DNA from: an uncultured delta proteobacterium | GTDB lineage: Bacteria > Desulfobacterota > Desulfomonilia > UBA1062 | Direction: 5' to 3' | Assembly (NCBI GenBank): GCA_963752595.1 | Contig: CAVVYZ010000014.1 | Coordinates: forward strand, 98,678-162,677 | Length of the DNA: 64,000 nucleotides | Shown here: positions 60,644-64,000 of the stretch, one piece after another | How the letters are laid out: each line of letters opens with the position of its first letter | Numbering within the stretch: the first letter of the stretch is position 1 | Notes under the pieces: model-generated | What the model was told of the DNA's origin: nothing | What the model saw: the letters and a program-made list of their open reading frames with translations, nothing else | Database searches by the model: none | Made by a program: the position numbers and the translations under genes

Positions 60644-62096
60644 TACTACAGTAGTAAAGCTTCATACAGTGAATCCAGGGCATGTCGTTTTTTGTAATGG
60701 TAATACCTGGCAATGGCCTGATGAGTCCTTTGGAAATGGGACCAGGTAAATATCAGTTCGGCAGTTTTTCTCATGCTCAGGAAGAGATCCCACAGGAGTC
60801 TGCGAATCTCTCGAACCGTCAGGGAGACAGGAGCCCACGATGCGCTTTGAAGCGAGCAAGGCTCCCCTTGCTGACAGGCTGGTTTTTTTAACCGCCTCCC
60901 TGGCGCTCCCCTTGAGCACATTCAAAAGGGCATAGGCAAACATCGAGAGCGTGATGTGCCGGTACCACCCGGAAAAGGACCGGACCTCATACTCGTCAAG
61001 CCCGGTCTCCTGCTTCGCATCCTCAAAGCTGACCTCAATAGCCCACCGGACCCCGGCAATCCGGTCGAGCTCGGAGAGCTCTGTCTGTGCAGGAGCGCAG
61101 GCAACGTGTGCTTTAATCTCTTGGGGATCATTCACGCTCCGCCTCACCAGCAGCCATCTCTTCCATCCCTTGCGTAATGGGGAGTTGGTTCCAAGGAGTA
61201 ACCAGTCATACATCCGCGGTCCTTTCGATCCATCCCCTGCGCTCATCCTCACCCAGCCCTTCTTGGGCAGAGATGCGAGGATATCGCTAACCCGGTATTG
61301 GTTAAATCCGACAAAGACGTATTCCTTTCCCGACACGGCAAACACATATGCCTTTCCCTTCTCCTCAAGCCATATGCGTAAGCTGCGGTCATCGCCGTAC
61401 ACGGAGTCACCGGCTACCCACTTGAACGCAAGGCCGGAGAAGATAATCCGCTCTATCATCATCCGGGCAAGCTTCGGCTTGCTGAAGAACTTCCTCTCCT
61501 CAGGGATCCCTACCGATGACCGCCTCTTGGCATCTTCCATCCACTCTTTGGGCAGATAGAGCTCCCGGTCAATGAGTATATGGTCACTAGCGGTGACATA
61601 TGCTGCAAACACGCCGATCTGGCTGTTCTCAATTCGCCCAGCAGTCCCGCTGTACTGACGGGCAACCCCTGCCGAGTGCGTGCCTTTCTTTAAGAATCCC
61701 GTCTCATCCACCACAATGACCCCATCAGTATCCTGAACGTGATCCCCGATGTACTTGATAAGATCATCTCTCATGGCGTCCGGGTCCCAGTCCGCTTTCC
61801 CCAGCAGATACCGGATTCGGTAAGGGTCTTTCTCTCCCGCTGCCTCTGCCGGCTGCCAGGAATTCTTCCGCTCCACAGGGCTCAAGAGTCCCTTGATATA
61901 TTGCATCGCCCGCTCTCGGCTTTGATACCGGGCAAACAGATGATGTATTCGGCTCTCTATCTCTTCAAAAGCCTGAGACCACTGCTCCATCGTCCTTCGT
62001 TCTTCTTCTCCCATTGCGTGCTCCTCTCCTGAGTTTCTCTCTCAAAAAATGCATATAGGAATCCAAAGTCCGATGTCCTACTCCACTACTGTAGTA
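60644..62096 (-). mobile_element. Complete IS701-family insertion sequence (1453 bp)
   Basis: 12-bp perfect TIR TACTACAGTAGT at both ends, flanked by CTAG duplications (60640-60643, 62097-62100). Confidence 0.92.
60662..62014 (-). CDS. IS701-family DDE transposase
   Basis: VDETGFLKKG.HSAGVARQYSGTAGRIENSQ, GDSVYG, RWAIE..F..AKQETGLDEYEVR. Confidence 0.93.
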   Translation of the reverse strand: MGEEERRTMEQWSQAFEEIESRIHHLFARYQSRERAMQYIKGLLSPVERKNSWQPAEAAGEKDPYRIRYLLGKADWDPDAMRDDLIKYIGDHVQDTDGVIVVDETGFLKKGTHSAGVARQYSGTAGRIENSQIGVFAAYVTASDHILIDRELYLPKEWMEDAKRRSSVGIPEERKFFSKPKLARMMIERIIFSGLAFKWVAGDSVYGDDRSLRIWLEEKGKAYVFAVSGKEYVFVGFNQYRVSDILASLPKKGWVRMSAGDGSKGPRMYDWLLLGTNSPLRKGWKRWLLVRRSVNDPQEIKAHVACAPAQTELSELDRIAGVRWAIEVSFEDAKQETGLDEYEVRSFSGWYRHITLSMFAYALLNVLKGSAREAVKKTSLSARGALLASKRIVGSCLPDGSRDSQTPVGSLPEHEKNCRTDIYLVPFPKDSSGHCQVLPLQKTTCPGFTV

Positions 62097-62466
62097 CTAG
62101 TGTTTCCACAACTACTTCGTATTTTCCCTTTTAAGAAACAGTTCACGAATTATCATCTTTTTACATTTTAGTGGTTTGATGCCTACCTTGTGCTGATGGA
62201 AAAATGAAGAATGGACCAGGAATAATATGGAAAGTATATAAGCTTGGCAGGCATAATGACTTGTGTATCCCTCTCATTATTATCCCTTCCTTGCTCCGCC
62301 CGATTGAATAGGAAGACTGATAGGATGCATCCTTTGAAAGGATAAAATAAAGATTATTACAGACACTACGATTTTTTACACGACATCCGATTGCTTACCG
62401 GTCCAGGGCAGCCGATCAAAGCAGGTGTCTCTGGAAACAGTTGCTATGAGCCGCAGGAATACTATT

Positions 62467-62949
62467 CTACTCTTCATCTTTCTCAATCCTGAGCGCTGTA
62501 ATCCGGTCGTCAGCAACTTCTATCTCAAGATATTCCAGGTCGGAAATCTCGTGATCAATCTTGATGAGATCCTGATTGTCGAGCGGATAATCGAATCGAA
62601 TCTCGTTTCCCGGCGGGATCCTGAAAAAATCAAAAATGGATTTTGTTTTATTGTTTATGAACAGCGCTTCCTCCTTGGGCACGCCGTTTTCTTTCAGCAG
62701 GCCCGAAAAGGTAGCTCCCTTTTCAACAGTATACCCCTTCCCTTTTGTGTCTATCGTTTTATCCAGAATTTTCCGGGCAGCCCCGGTAGTAATCCTGCTC
62801 CGCTCCTTCGAGATTCCGGCAGTATCATTCTTTTGAAGATCCAGACTCCAGTAAATACCGGAACCAACCAGTAGGGCCAAATAAAGGAACAAGGAAAATA
62901 ATGCCTTACGATCCTTTAGAATATTCACAAGTTTCCCCGTCAATTTCAT
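62467..62949 (-). CDS. Membrane-anchored protein resembling the N-terminal (LysM/OapA-like) part of M23 peptidases; catalytic domain absent
   Basis: TM helix, YTVEKGATFSGLL...IPPGNEIRF; stops before any HxxxD/HxH. Confidence 0.5.
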   Translation of the reverse strand: MKLTGKLVNILKDRKALFSLFLYLALLVGSGIYWSLDLQKNDTAGISKERSRITTGAARKILDKTIDTKGKGYTVEKGATFSGLLKENGVPKEEALFINNKTKSIFDFFRIPPGNEIRFDYPLDNQDLIKIDHEISDLEYLEIEVADDRITALRIEKDEE

Positions 62950-63150
62950 AATTCCTCACATAACTTCCGTAGTAGAATGAACAGCTTCTCCTCTTCAGAA
63001 TTATTTATCCCTTCCAAACAAAAGACGGTTTTCTCCTAAGTGAAACCGACGCGGAGAAAACATAGGCGTCCCCAATCCACTCAATTTTTACATTTTATGA
63101 ATCGCCCTCGCTTTCTTCCTTGATAGATTGACTTCCGGTGAAAGGGTCAG

Positions 63151-63597
63151 CTATGGCGAAAGCTTCTGAGCGCCCAGTATCTTCACAAGGTGATCCAGCC
63201 CGGTCGCAATGCTTTCGAGTTCTTTGCCCGGCAGGACTTCTAATCCGGCGACGAGCAGGCCCTGGGCAACCTCCGGTGACTTGGAGACGAGTTCATGTCC
63301 GGAATCGGTCAGATCAACCTTCACGACCCGCCGGTCATCCGTGGAGCGAACCCTTTCCACCATACCGTGGATTCGAGCCGGTCGAGTATGCCCACTACCG
63401 TGGCTGGATGAAGGTACATCTTGCCGGCCAGGTCCGAGACCCTGATCGGGCCGGAATCGGCTATGATCTTGATGGCCCAGAGTTGGGGGCCGGTTAGTCC
63501 GGTCACTCTTAGCCTTCTTGGACTGTTCGTTGACCACCTGGAATACCCGGCGCAGGTTGTCGATGATGTCGGCTATTACTAAGGTCTTTCTACCCAT
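63151..63597 (-). CDS. MarR family regulator (two compensating indels)
   Basis: IIDNLRRVFQ / GLTGPQLWAIK...LHPATVVGILDRLE / ERVRSTDDRRVVKVDLT in alternating frames. Confidence 0.85.
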   Translation of the reverse strand: MGRKTLVIADIIDNLRRVFQVVNEQSKKAKSDRTNRPPTLGHQDHSRFRPDQGLGPGRQDVPSSSHGSGHTRPARIHGMVERVRSTDDRRVVKVDLTDSGHELVSKSPEVAQGLLVAGLEVLPGKELESIATGLDHLVKILGAQKLSP

Positions 63598-63754
63598 ATG
63601 TCTCTCTTCCCGAAGAATCTTTGTTCATTTGTATACCAATCATTTGAATATTAATCAATACATACTTGTTTATTAATAGGTTAAGATCATATATTATATT
63701 AACCGCCTTGACAAGACATCGCCCTTATTGTAAAAAACAAAGTAAAGATAACAA

Positions 63755-63833
63755 GGGTTCGGCTCAATGCCGAAGGATAGTGATGGTCGGGCCGCCATCC
63801 GGAGGTAACGGATAGCGGCTTTTTTGTTTTTTT
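63755..63833 (+). ncRNA. Putative monovalent-cation riboswitch (DUF1646/Na+-I or nhaA-I-like) with overlapping terminator
   Basis: GGGTT-[CGGC-tcaat-GCCG]-AAG...GGTCGGGCCGCC, then GCCGCCATCCG-gaggtaa-CGGATAGCGGC-TTTTTT; TTGACA-17-TAAAAA promoter at 63708-63736. Confidence 0.7.
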
Positions 63834-64000
63834 ACCGTCTGAAGCTCTTTCTTAAGATTCCGATGGTGCCGGGCGTACCAGTCCCGGCACTCATTTTCCA
63901 TTAAGGATCCTATCCGAATCAGGTCAAAGGTTTAACAACTGAAAACTGTGGGGGTCGTTTCAACCGGATCACAATGTATCGATGACTTGGATGAAGAATG

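Noticed and set aside
63778-63800. GTGATGG as the start of a fluoride (crcB) riboswitch
   Set aside because: Lacks the downstream CTAATGA/CTGATGAC..CTAC elements; the GGGTT...GTCGGGCCGCC pattern fits better

Overview
Bacterial chromosomal window, most consistent with an anaerobic Desulfobacterota/'Deltaproteobacteria' genome. This is an inference from the split atp operon (F'FHAGDC without atpIBE), selB, DUF4911/FYDLN genes and several sigma-54 promoters. Bases 1-51 kb are mostly core genome: tolQR, an NtrB-like kinase, a dcw cluster mraZ-ftsZ that lacks ddl but ends in alr, a secreted FN3/PKD protein, a BepA-like protease, an XPB helicase with a WYL-domain partner, glycosyltransferases, fatty-acid catabolic genes, fieF, tRNA-Arg(ACG), ATP synthase genes, an LpoA-like gene, bamD and selB. 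Bases 51-64 kb are accessory: an arsenic/organoarsenical cluster (arsR-acr3-arsF-arsG-trx-arsP-trx fusion-class II aldolase), an AbiEii relic, Fic, NERD, a complete IS701-family element, a MarR gene and a Na+/Li+-type riboswitch. Several single-base frameshifts in essential genes look like sequencing errors. The most notable signals lie outside the ORF track. (i) An apparently unannotated ~110-nt sigma-54-dependent small RNA at 29947-30057, with a 5' hairpin, an exposed anti-Shine-Dalgarno linker and a perfect terminator. (ii) A sigma-54-driven 35-aa small protein at 48341-48448. (iii) A shared FadR/GntR-like operator in front of two fatty-acid genes. (iv) An aldolase and an uncharacterised thioredoxin fusion embedded in the ars operon. 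All family calls come from reading motifs by eye; no searches were run.
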